Assembly: GCF_964204865.1 (NCBI RefSeq)
Contig: NC_135254.1
Coordinates: 14,446,001-14,510,000, forward strand
Source of the DNA: Styela clava
Lineage: Eukaryota
Length of the DNA: 64,000 nt
Direction: 5' to 3'
Both the position numbers and the translations under genes were made by a program. This document shows positions 52,201-64,000 of the stretch, piece by piece. The notes beneath the pieces were generated by a model. That model was given only the letters and a program-made list of their open reading frames with translations, did no database searches and was not told where the DNA came from. Every line of letters begins with the position of its first letter. The first letter of the stretch is position 1.

Positions 52201-53672
52201 AAAAAAATCTTAATCTCACATCACAAATTCTCTGCAATCGTTGTAAAGCAACATCTCTCTCCTCTTCAAGAGATATATTGTATCTTGGAGTCATACAAGG
52301 ATCACTCATAAAGTCTCGAAACTTTGTTCGCATTTCATGATTGTCATGATCCAGTAACTTATTCATTTCATCAATGTCAAAAGATGGCTTGCTACCGCCA
52401 TTCCAATTTGACCTGTGTTTTTGAAAAATGTTTACATTGTTGTAAGGTATGGCCCCCACAAGATTACATAATAACAATTTTTAATTAGTACTTGTACATA
52501 TCAGCTCTTATTATCATAAGTTCAATTCAGATATAAATACTGAAACAACTAACTGGTAACAATTCCCATACCCGACATTGACTGGGAACCGAACGCGAGG
52601 CCATGATTGAGTCGTCTTATTGGTTTCCTCTATTCAGAGACAAATATGAAAATCCTAAAAGAACCCTTGCATGTGCATATTTAAGTCTTTGTCTCCCACG
52701 TCCCACTGAATATGGCTATAGAGAAGTGCATAGGGGAAACATGGTGGGATTCTCGGGGAAACATGCACTGAATACACCAATTTTTATGATCAAATTTTTC
52801 GAAGCCAGATCTAAATTCTTTCATTTGGTAATTCGGCGGGAGTCGCAATGGGGTAGGTATTGAAATTGAAAATTTCTCCGACCCCATAGCACAAGTATGT
52901 AAAGTTTGGAAAGGACGTGACTTGAACATAGAAACATAAGTAATTACTTACAAGATTTCAGGTGGGGTCATTTTGTTAGATAGAGTCTGATTCATAACCG
53001 CAGACGTACTACACAAAGTCTTTGTCATCAAATTGGAAGATTGATTTTGTTCGCAGATATTCATCTGAAATTTAGTCATTAATTCATATAAAGTACATAT
53101 AGTGCATAATATAAGTATAAATTTACATTTTGGTTTAAGAAAAAAAAACATTTAAAAATTCATTATTTCATGGAACGAATAATATTCAATTGATCATTTT
53201 AATTCTGCCAACTTGGCGATACTCTCGAATATAAGCTTACTAATAATATAAAAATTCAAAAGTAAAAATACAGAAATATCATTAGAGTATAAATATATAC
53301 CAAACCAGTCTCAAATATTGAAATCTGCATACCTTCTGACCTGAAAAAAAATGAAATGCATTGTAGAAATATGTGCTATATACACACTAAAAGTTGACAT
53401 AGTAAAGTGCCAGGGCAGCACGGTGATGATGGCAAATGTGCCTTAAACTTCTAATTTTGAAACAACAAAATTGCGTAATTCTGTACCGGTACCGTAATTG
53501 AGGGGGGATTGTATAGTCTTGCAAGTACCGGTATACTGTTGCGTAAAATCTAAATATAGTCACAAACCTTACCTTTTGACATCGTTGATATCTGTCTAAA
53601 ATTATTAACAGAATTGCAAGCTCTGAAAAACTGTCTGTAGTTAGCAAGAGAAATTCTTCCGGAAGACAGCAT
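43272..53672 (-). CDS. Acyl-CoA oxidase family protein, 15 exons, ~684 aa, N-terminal presequence-like segment and C-terminal PTS1 (SKL)
   Basis: Exons 53672-53573, 53340-53333, 53064-52952, 52412-52220, 52120-51943, 51522-51425, 50567-50466, 49407-49223, 47557-47335, 46042-45836, 45112-45023, 44860-44800, 44618-44476, 44200-44009, 43433-43272 (2055 nt, in frame). Motifs [50 protein letters not shown] (catalytic Glu), ELSKL*. Confidence 0.93.
43521..43806 (-). mobile_element. SINE family 1, degenerate, with internal deletion
   Basis: ataggatagg tail, body and head (cgccacaccgcc) homologous to 54418-54756. Confidence 0.8.
44262..44412 (-). mobile_element. SINE family 1 fragment
   Basis: catatggcgaaccac..ggattagtta..gaaccaccctacgacggtgagga matches the SINE body. 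Confidence 0.75.
45248..45780. mobile_element. hAT MITE, relative of 1497-2051
   Basis: CAGGGGTG start; interior (gcacaatgatt, ttaatcttcat, gatgggtgaatttgag, cgtcataatttc..cacgtacaagt) aligns with 1640-2030. Confidence 0.6.
46182..46771 (+). mobile_element. Internally deleted Tc1/mariner element with ~195-bp TIRs
   Basis: TA|CAGGGTGTCTCAAAAGTAAGTATACACT ... AGTGTATACTTACTTTTGAGACACCATG|TA. The core encodes [23 protein letters not shown], an N-terminal HTH/GRPR motif of Tc1/mariner transposases. Confidence 0.88.
46845..46960 (-). mobile_element. hAT transposase hATC remnant
   Basis: [17 protein letters not shown] matches the MFGSTY.CEQLFS.M consensus. Confidence 0.6.
47986..49125. mobile_element. 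hAT-type MITE
   Basis: TIR TAGGGCTGTCCAA / TTGGACAGCCCTA, subterminal TTCGA arrays, internal ~66-bp direct repeat at 48249-48381; TSD imperfect. Confidence 0.75.
49625..49950 (+). mobile_element. SINE family 1, full length
   Basis: A box TGGCTCATCGTG, B box GGTTCGAATCC, then the conserved body. Confidence 0.88.
50915..51132. mobile_element. MITE-like repeat with GG..CC termini
   Basis: Imperfect TIR ggtactcccgtagtatgtgcacca / tggtacgcata..cttctggagcgcc; relatives at 3248-3390 and ~5009-5090. Confidence 0.55.
52545..52657 (+). mobile_element. SINE family 1, 3' fragment
   Basis: aattcccatacccgac..gccatgattgagtcgtcttattggtttcctct..aaatatgaaaatcct. Confidence 0.65.
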
Positions 53673-54417
53673 GGTCAAATAATACAAAAACTCGAGGTTA
53701 GCCTAAATTCTACAGAAAAAAAGGTCTCAGCAACAGATTACTTGAAACCAGACAAACATCAAAGTCCAAAGGTCTGTACACTCTGCGGGAGACCGATTAC
53801 AAACTTGATCAACACGATTAGTCCATGCATGGGCCAAATAAAAAAGATTTGGTGTCAATTTCCGACCCACTCGCAATCTGTGTTGATAGGAGTCAAGAAT
53901 ATCGTTACTTTAGCAGTGCATAACGTAACCCCGTTATCGTGAATTTACATTGTCCTACTTTTATATTTTCCTTGTTTATTGGACCGCGTCAGTGTACATA
54001 ACGATCGTCTCAATATTATATTGTTGTTGATGTTATTATTCTTCTCTTTCGTCATGATGAAATCCCTTTTCTCTTCGAATACAGGACCAATTGTTTTGAA
54101 ATTTTCATCAGTTAAAGATTGATTTTTTTGCCAGAAAGCTATTACTTTTACCTATTTCAAAAATTTCTGTGGACTTTAGAGATTCGTTTGAGATGTGTCA
54201 GAATCAAAAATAGCGACACCTTGTGACATGTCCATATATTTGAGCACAACTCTCTTTTTCATTTAATATTAATTCTTGGATGTTTTGAATCAAAAAAGGG
54301 GAAATGATGCTTCTATTTTTATCAATCCCAAACAATCAAACAATACATGAAAAAATCCATGATGACTGTATTTTTTGGTTAACGAAATAATAAAACTCTC
54401 TATCTCTCTCCACGACT

Positions 54418-54756
54418 TAGGATAGGATAGGATTTACATATTTATCCCGGGGGAGAGGAAAGCCGATAAGACGGCTTATCCATATGGCGAACCCCGGCCT
54501 CTCGTCCGGTTACCATTTCAAGTCGGGTATGGGATTAGTTATATTGTTTGTTTTCGGAAGCATGGACTTGGTGGTGGAGGAAGCCGTAACCGTCCAGCGG
54601 TTACGTGAACCACCCAACGACGGCGAGGAGTCCAGCAATCCTCTCGCACATAATCATCCCTGCATGGGATTCGAATCTGTGAACCCACGCAGAGTAATTA
54701 GAGGTGCGGTGGCGAGCGTATTCCTAACGCTTAGCCCGTTGAGCCACACCGCCGGC
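54418..54756 (-). mobile_element. SINE family 1, full-length young copy (a second fragment follows at 54782-54892)
   Basis: Minus-strand head GCCGGCGGTGTGGCTCAACGG (A box), GATTCGAATCC (B box), (ATCCT)n tail. Confidence 0.9.
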
Positions 54757-55317
54757 TTCCTATTCATTCAATTCGTTTATCACGGTAAGCCGCGGCCTCT
54801 CGTCCGGTAACCAGTTCATGTCGGGTTTGAGAATAGTTTACCATATATTTATTTCAGATGCGTGGACTTGATGGTGGAGGAAGTTGTCACCGACACAAAT
54901 ACAGCAATCAAAAATTTTCGTGTATTAAAGTGATATTCTGGGAAGCACACGCATGGCGGCGACATAGAGCGGCCAAAATAACAAATCGTCCTAAATTTCC
55001 TCTTTATAACTCGGCGTTCATAATATACTGCTTCAGTTTTAATATAGTTCCGTTGAAGTCGGGCCGAAACCATTTTATACGTTGCCTTATTTTCTGGCGG
55101 AGGATAATTATTGAATGATATTCTAGTTACAATTTTTGCGCATAGTTACGAACGTCGATATCTAAGTTCTTCATAAAAAATGATGGTTCAATTGTGTTAG
55201 TACAGACGAAATTTCCCCTCAATAGGACTGATAGATACTTGTAGTATATTGTCTTTATTATTTAATATTGTAACTTTGTTCTACAATAAGCAGTGAAGCA
55301 ATAGTGATCAACCCATA

Positions 55318-58300
55318 ATGGGTTGTGGTTCATCACAAGCTGTTAAAGTTGGTAGTCACAGTGGTCTGGAAAATAGTTCGAGTAATGGATGGACTAAAGG
55401 CAATCTGATGAAAGGTGAGGTAGTAAAACATAAATTGAATTTCACTACGGATTCATAGTAAAACGAACCATTATAAGATTTGAATCGATGGATAATCAAC
55501 TGTGCAATTGAAAGAGCATCCCTACCGATTATCGCGACGAGCCAAATGGACCAACCAGTGACGGGTCACGTAGGCAAAATTCATCAATTTATATGTAGGG
55601 ATTTAAGCTGTGTAATGAAATTTGCAGTTTTTCAATTTTTTTTTTAAACTTGAACAAATGCAAGTTAAATGTATAATGTCCGACTGGCGAATGATCGATC
55701 AGTACTTCATTTTCTAGCTAAATTGCGCAAATATGAAATGTGACAAATATTCTGCTTATGATCGGTCAACGATTATGAAAATTCACATTTTTATTTTTTA
55801 TATTTCTACAGCGGCTTTCAGGGACATAATTTGTATAATGAAGCAATTAAATTTCCATAATTGTAGCAGCCTACATGGTACATTACTTTATTCGACCAAT
55901 AAATCACTAATTTCGATGTCACGCCAGGTCGTAAATATTTATAATCCTTTCTACGCGGGGGTTCTGCTAGTTACCAAAGTTCAAATAGTTTGATTACCTG
56001 TTTGCTAAATGTTGTGACATGTTTTTTAATAGTCGTTTGTTACGTCACACATCAATTTTGTGTTAATCGTGAGTATATTCAGTTAATCGACATTCTTGTT
56101 GTGCAAAGCAATTGTCGAGTACAATATAAATATATTCTTGTTACTTTCGAATTTTAGATGGTGGCCTCGTGGAGGCATTGATGGATACTTGATAGTTGTA
56201 CTGGGGTTTTGTTGAACTCATTGCATGCAGTCCTAAAATGTATTTTTAAAATGCTCCGCAAAGCACATCTTTCTAACTTTTAAAGATGTTACCATTGATT
56301 TAAATAGTGACAATATTATTTATTTTTAAAAAATCCAATCCGAAAATTGGAAATATTCGAAAATTTTGCTAGGCACACACAAAAAAGTGAAAATGGCGTA
56401 TATTTACTCCAAAATGTTAGTAAAAGGCCAATTTACTGTGCTATATCACAGGAAAACAGCCATTTTAATATTGTAAGAATGATCAATTGTAATTTAAGGT
56501 CAGCCCACTAGATATTTCATAAGTAAACTCTTACGGCTTATATTCTTTTTGGCGTCTTCCTAGTATCTATTGGTGACCTACTACATAGTTCGTCAAGCTG
56601 CTGTACAATCGATTAAAATTTAGGGGAAGTAAAACATAACTACTTCTGACCAATTCAATTTACGTCTAATAAAGAATATAAATTATAAAGTACTGCAAAT
56701 TTGATATTAACTGAGAAACAAGTATGATTGTGAGTTCAATTGTTTACAAATTCCATTAAACAATAATTTCAACTTTTTCAATATACATAGTACGGTTAGG
56801 TAGTGACCTCTAACTCCAGAGACTATAAATTATGAAGCCCTGTCTGTCGTGTAATTATTCTTATCAACGTTGGTAAATATGCTTCAAGGGTCTGTACGAA
56901 TATGGAACGTCTAGCAATGTTTACCAAGTCAATATTAAAGATGGTGTTAAGCTGGCTGTTTCAGTTTAGACTTTGCGTTCGGGCCCAATGAAAATACATT
57001 TATAGTATGTTAAACACTAATCATACCAAAATCGTTATATTAAGCATACCCGCTTTATTAAATACAGGTTTGCTCAGCAGTAAGCGCCGTATTCTGCTTA
57101 ATCGCCTTTGATGTTATTTATAATTATTATATCTTCGTTACCCCGTTTGATTTAAATGCAACGCAAAGATTTTCACGAGTTGTTCAAAGTTTCAGATTCA
57201 TATCTTTGCCCATCACAATATCAATATTCGTTTCTTGTAACCAATCCAGGTCCACATTTGAAATAATATTTTATTACCCCACGATGAAGTTAACGATAGA
57301 TTTTACATGAAATATTTTGTGTTTTTAAAATATTGAATTGAATACCTTATTCGCCCTGTCGCTCACATGCAGCAATGGTTTTAATAAATTACTGGTTTAG
57401 AATTTGTCCCCGTTCCCCAAAACAGGTATCATATCGTTTTCGAGTGTTCCCAATGCAATGAATGCCTGTAATGATTCGGATTTTGTCGGTCTTCGTCGGA
57501 TATATAAACGGCTAAGGATTTGGCGACAGCATGAGGATAATTATATCGAAAATATGCAAGTATTTTGAAATATTTGTTCTAGTCGCAACGTAACGTCAAT
57601 GATGCGTCAGTTAGTGATACGCAAATATAATTTACAAACATGTAACTTCTATTTATTATTTGTTAGGATATAGTCGTATATTGTCGTCATGGGCGCGGTG
57701 ATTACAAACAGTAAAAATATTAAACTTTGTGTTAGATAAAACGATTATACTCTAATTTAGTCAAGAAAAACATGTTTTTCTCCATTATGACATACCTTAC
57801 GAAATCGCTGCCGATTTCCGTTTTCTTTGTAAGCAATTCATTATTTATTTACTGTGTAAATACTATTACCAGATTCCATTTTATATTCATCAATGAAATT
57901 ATCACACAAGAGCAATTCTCCGCTATATAGTGAAGGACAATTCTACTTGAGCGTCCTTTGACATTTTTACTATTATCAATATGAATGACTATGTCGTAAT
58001 AAAAATCTTTCAAAGCCTAAGCGGCTATTTATGCAGTGAATTATTAAAATTGCGGAGACACATTTCTCATGTATTACAGAGATTCAGAAATATTATAATA
58101 TTATTTTGTTTTGTTCCCAAAATGGGGGGTTAACCTGTATATACTGCAAAACGTATCATATGCCGGCCACATAACCATTTTGCAATTATTTTCCATTCAC
58201 GTGGTGGCTATTGTGCCCCGATATTTGATGAGGAATTAGAAAACTGTTTGGTAACAATGTAGGAACATTTATTATTTTAAAATAATAGTGACCCATAATC

Positions 58301-59964
58301 TATAATTCATCAGGAGTCAAAAAATAAAAAATCCGATTTACAACTGATGAACTGCGGCCTTGGTATTACTTGGATTGTTTGTAGGTTAGTCGAACATGGA
58401 TATCCATGCCGTCACTTAATCTCCGTAGATAACCGTTTTAATTAATACCACTGGCTTGGCAATCATAACTGTATAAATTGCTAACCCCTCGACCGATCTT
58501 GTTCAGATTTTGATTCGGACGAAGTATTTCGGGAAGCAGACGTGATATCAACAAATTCAACAGAAATAATTGGACGTCGAACGTGGAGTTGTGATTCGGA
58601 CAGTGATAAAAATGGTTATAATACAACATCATCATTACAAAAATCATCCGGCAAAAACGGCACTCCGGCATCAAATGCAAATAATACTGCGACAAACAAA
58701 AACAATGTACAAAGTCCGGAATTATATAGAACTCAAAGTCCTGGTAAAACTCCTGGAAATATGGACCTCAAAGAAAGAATTGATATTTTATCACAAAGAC
58801 GAAGGAGTTTACAATTTGAAATTGGTCGTGATTCGAATACAAGTGACAATTTTGATTATTTACATGCTAATGGTAATGGAAGTCCTAAGCTACAAGGTTC
58901 GTCCAAGCCGCCTGCTCAAGAATTTCCAAAAGTAAGATTAGGGTTTATTTCTAGCAGTAGTAAAACTCAATGAATAATGATGTACTTTTGATGACGGATG
59001 GAATTGAATGTATATAAAGATAAGAATTCGCACAGTAATCAACTTTTCTACATTGCTGCTTGCCACTAAAAAGCACTCAAATGAGCCGACTATTTTACTA
59101 GCAAGTTTCAATATATAAGCATGTAAAGGGGTAGTAATTTTTTTAAACGCTCATCGAATCGCCCATTGAAAATTTGTAAAATTACAGTTTGTTTTCAGAG
59201 TCAGAATATTCGCATGGCGCACTTCTTTTTTAAAGCATTTTTCGAGTCCGACTCTCAATTGAGTTTTTGAAGTAAAAATATTTTTTTCAGAGAAGATCAA
59301 TATTCCCTCCACCTCCCGATCGCAGTGAAAATCCGTCACCATTTGGAACAAGAGCCAGGTATCGGTATGATCATATTTTGAATATAGTGTGAAATAATTT
59401 CGCACACGCTTCTAATTTGTAACCAACAAAAATGTAATTGATTGAATTCTCTCTACTGGACTTTCAATAATTTGAATAAATAACACTATAATTCGTGAAA
59501 TTGTCGATTGGTATTAGATGCCGTCTTACAGAACAATGAGCAAGCAGAAGTTAGTATACCTTTGCGAACATTGAATTGATTTGTGTTACCACCGTTATAT
59601 TCGGTAAAAATGAATTCCACATTATGATTTATAATATTCATATGAATTATATTCATTTCTCATTTGGGAGTTTGCACGCTGGGTGATATCGAGTGACCAA
59701 ACTAAATTTCGAGCTAATTATGATTTGTGTTGTATTTTTATTTGTAAATATACCCAACCCAGCGACACAACCGCATCAATCGCAAAATGCTAGTGTCGAT
59801 AAAATTGGTTAATTTAGCTATTTTGCATGTCGCTAACAATCGCCGTAGATTTATTACGTTTGGCAAATTATTATTTTTATACGTATTCGTTATTTTATTT
59901 CAGATTAACCCTCACAGATAGCCAGAAGGAATTTTTTAAAATGCTGGACGAAAAAATTGCCCAG
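55318..59964 (+). CDS. C1orf21/DUF4612-like protein, N-acylation motif MGC; last exon not identified
   Basis: Exons 55318-55414, 58507-58931, 59291-59358, 59904-59964 are phase-consistent. MGCGSSQAV start and LTDSQKEFFKMLDEKIAQ resemble the remembered C1orf21 motifs MGCASAK and ISESQQEFFRMLDEKIEK. Confidence 0.78.
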
Positions 59965-62900
59965 GTAATAAAAATAAATACGAAATTATGATTATAATTG
60001 ATGATACTTTATGTAACCACCGACTCTATGTTGCTTTTTATGTGATATATATATTTTTTTTTTATATACACAACATATATTGTTCTATAGCCTACGACGC
60101 ACTTTAGCTTAGCATATAGTCATATACCTTGCATAGGTCATGAGCCTACAACAGAAAATCATTATAACAACCGAGGCCATATCTGGCAACAGGCACTAAT
60201 CATTGGAACTATGTCCGTTCAGATTCGTCGGGTGCATTGAACGTCGCTAACACTTAAGTACACACTTGTGGATTTTCTTACACAATACAATACATTACAA
60301 AGTTATCATTATCATAAGATTTTCAATACAAGATTCAATTCAAACGAAGATCTATTGAACCTCATGGTATTGTGCCGTGGCTTTAGTGAGCCACACAATT
60401 AACCAGCGAAGGGTTCGAAATTTGGTTCATTCATATAGAGATTTTTGAATGACTGAATAACCACGCACTTACAGTAAATATACTGATTTTTAAAAAGTAC
60501 TCTCAGATAGTAACAAATTATTTGAATAAAATGCGAATGAATCGATTAGGTTATACTCTTATTTATTAAATATTAAAATTAAGAAAACGGGTGTTCGTTA
60601 GTCGTTTTCGGCTAGGTGCCAAAACAGGAAACTTTACTGTGGATATGTCAGCGAATTTTGATTATGCGTCATAAAAACAGTGATTCATTGTACCTCTGTG
60701 AAATTTTTTTTTAACACAACTGTGTTCTGGAATGGGTACTTATTTTCTATTTGTCGATTCCGCTGTCAATTAATGGTTGACTTTAGCTGCTTCCAACATT
60801 TATAGACATTGCGAAATTACCATCTAAGTATATTTCTAGCTATATCAATCAAATGTTTCCATGGTGCACTAAATATTTAGGTTTTTATTTGTACATAATA
60901 AACTAAAGACAAACAGAGTTAACTGTTCGGAACTATATTTAGAATTTGTACCTAGGTACACGACCAACAATGCGGTAGTGTAACATATACGATCTCAAAA
61001 GCAAATAAATTGTATATATGACAGTAATGCCTTATTATTAGGTGATCAACACCTACGGTATTGGTAACCGTCACAAAACAGTAATCTCAAATAACATATT
61101 CTTTGGAATTTTAAAATCATCCAAAATATGAATGCTGCAATACTGAAATAAATATAAATGAAATAAAATAGTCATGCGTGGCACAGAAATTAATTTTTGG
61201 AAAATGTTTAAATTTGGGGTTTAAAAATGCATTTTTGTCATCGGATTTTTCGAATTTATATATTTTGCATATTTGATGCTGAAACGCCAGTGCCGTTGCT
61301 TATTTTCATCTATGGAGCAGTTCGATATATAATAATAGATACTTGATATTTAGGCGATTGGTAATTTGGCAGTAATATTACTGATTTTAACACGCATCAG
61401 TTGTCCTTTGTCAGAGTATCACATTATAGCACATTGAAAACAAAGCGGCACGTGTCATAACCAAATGTTTTTTTTATGAAAGGCGTATCGCGTTTTACCC
61501 AAGTCAAGCTTTACGCAGGTCCTTAGCAATATTCATCGGTACATGTCTGGCATTGGATCATTATGACATGTACTCTATGTGCACATGACACAATTGGCAA
61601 TAAGAAATAGCCACTTAGATTACTGTATTTTAGTGCATATTCTAAAAAATTACCGAAATCACTATACCCCTGGTGGATACGGAAATTAAAATTATACAAC
61701 TTTTATATTGTAGATCCGTAACAATCAGTTTATTAGGTTAAACCTTTTTGTTTTGATATTGCCAGCTGTATTTATGCTTTATGTTTCGGTCGCACCCATA
61801 TTTTCTTATGTATTGCTATGGCGGCAAGGACGTTTACTAAGATTTACTGTAAGAAAATTCATCGATTTCAAAATGCATTTCTGTGTATTTGAACCTGTTG
61901 ATCATGCGTGACAAATCGCCATGTCTGGTTGTATATTGAACGTAATAAAAGTGTACCTAAATTATCAAATGTGTCCAATTTGGCTATATAAAAGATATGA
62001 ATTACGCGGAAAGTATAGTGATTTTTCTACTTTCTCTTTTTATAAGCCATTTTATGATGGCATAAAATATTATTGCTCATACAGAAGTTACCTTTAGTTT
62101 TATGACATAAAATTGAGCCCTTCGGGTTATTGGGCTTGATGTCAGCACAATACAGAGTTTAACAACTGTGTAACGGAAGGTTGTTTACCTTTCATACGCT
62201 GAAGATTATAATGTTGCAGCAGTCAGTTATTTGCGTAGGAAATTTCTACCATTTGTTGCATTCTGCAGCTGATGAATATTTTCGAATGGGTACCAGGGAA
62301 ACAATTTTACAAATCTTATTGTGCTATTCATATATACCTAAGAAACTGAGCGTATTCAATTGACAGTACAAGTGTGAATAACTATTTGAGCGTTTGTTCA
62401 CGACTTCTTTTCTTATCGAATACCTTTCACATATTGCCTTGTGGTAAACTGAGATGTACAAGAATCTATTAAAAACAAAAAACATAGTAGCGTGGTTATT
62501 GGCCTGTATCATTTTATGAGCGTCAACCGGCGGTCATGTTTCAATACTATCACTTTAGACCTTGATGCTGTTGTTGAATGTTTGTCTAATCATGTTACAA
62601 GACAGTATCTGGTCAACTGTCATGAACTAATGTTTGCCAACAATGGATGGAGCACGCTATAATTTACAAATTAAAGCCGTGACTAGAGCAACAGCAAATA
62701 TCAGAACGATGACTAGTGTTTCTACCAAACGCCAAGAAAATTGAGCGCCAAAATTGTCAGCATTTTTCTGTATTTGACTAACTTTGCAAACTTGGGTGGT
62801 TTTTCATCGCGGTTTGTAACAGATCATATGTCTTTAAAATCATTTCTTCGCAAAATTCGAACTGCATATTGTGCTTATACCTTGGTAAATCCAGTTTACT

Positions 62901-64000
62901 CTATATGTAATCTCCAATGGAAGCGTGCCTTGTAGAAAGCAAACATTATAACGCCCCAATCTGAGCGATCAGCACATGAAAGAGACTGTTTTTGACGTCA
63001 TAGGGAATATTGATATTATTCGATTGTCCTATTTTTTCATCACTCAAATTCGTTTACTAGATAGTATTCACTACTTATTTTTCAACCCTTTTTATTCTAC
63101 CAATCGATATTTCTATATGTACTTTTTTCCTATTTTGTTAATGGTATGATTTCACCAGAAGGCTCAACGGCCTTTGAAATACATTGCTTGAAGAATATCA
63201 GAATACTGACAAAAACTATTCTATATCGTCGTGAAATGTTGATCGGGTTTCTGTTATATATTGTGAACAATATCCAAACAGGTCACACAAATAATTGTTT
63301 CTACTAATATTGAGAAGATTTAGGATTTCCTAAATTTTTTGAGTCAAGCATATAAAATGCATGAATATAATTCTAATATACCGTATGCTGCCTATTTTCA
63401 CCTAGTTTAAAATTTCTTCGAAAAGTTTAGGACCTAAACTGTTCATATTCGAGTATGATAAACAAATAATACGGTCTATTCAGAATCGGTAGATCATTGA
63501 ATCATGGTTGGCAATAATAATATGAAATCATAAGTTTCATGTTTCAAGTGAAATCACTATGATGAAATTAAGTTAGTTTTGGTTATGGAATCAAATTTGA
63601 TCGTTCTAAGATAATTTTATACAATTCCCTGAGTTTTGTTTTTTAATGCCTACAAATCTTAACATTCGTGAGTCGACCCTGTCACGTACAATTGTTCATT
63701 TTCCTTCAATAAGAAGATTTTACAGCTTTATAAAGTAAACACATTTTAATAAAGCTTTGTTTGCGTTGATAACTCTTTGTTCGTCCGATTAACTTTACCC
63801 ATACACTTGATTAGATGGCATGTTCTGTTCTGATTCAGTATAGCTTTATTGAGTTAAAGAACATTCATTTTGTTATTTAAGTTATGACTATATAACTCTG
63901 CTCCTTTGTTTACGCAATTTAAAAAAAAAAACATTAAATATTTTTTATAATTAAAACGTGATTAAACATCGGGCCAATACTTTTGTGGTAATTTACACAA

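Noticed and set aside
53628-53657. PTS2 in the ACOX N-terminus ([10 protein letters not shown])
   Set aside because: Spacing is x6 rather than the x5 of the PTS2 consensus.
60137-60199. Last exon of the C1orf21-like gene after gcatag
   Set aside because: The phase-0 reading (VMSLQQK..) shows no similarity to the expected G.DY acidic tail; unresolved.
60200-64000. Short ORFs in the last 4 kb
   Set aside because: No recognisable motifs or convincing exon chain; probably intron, UTR or intergenic sequence.

Overview
AT-rich eukaryotic (animal) genomic DNA with short GT-AG introns. Compact gene spacing and unpaired splice acceptors just ahead of start codons suggest an ascidian/tunicate; this is an inference, not proven. 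On the + strand: a disabled partial tandem copy of CDC73 (exons 3-5), intact CDC73 (11 exons), intronless MRPL53 and DNTTIP2/Fcf2. Four genes follow on the - strand (by position): a signal-peptide-less 5'-nucleotidase-family metallophosphoesterase, ABHD18, intronless WDR82 and a 15-exon acyl-CoA oxidase. A C1orf21/DUF4612-like gene then starts on the + strand. Introns and spacers hold many MITEs (hAT, piggyBac, Tc1/mariner, Mutator-like), hAT transposase remnants and two tRNA-derived SINE families. Most interesting: (1) the acyl-CoA oxidase has a mitochondrial-type presequence and a C-terminal SKL, and the presequence exon is in frame only via an 8-nt microexon, a candidate mitochondrion/peroxisome switch; (2) the 5'-nucleotidase has an internal MGC acylation motif hidden behind two upstream in-frame exons; (3) the WDR82-ABHD18 junction has AATAAA abutting a splice acceptor, as in trans-spliced ascidian operons. 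All gene models were built by hand from splice sites and reading frame; family calls come from remembered motifs, and no searches were run.
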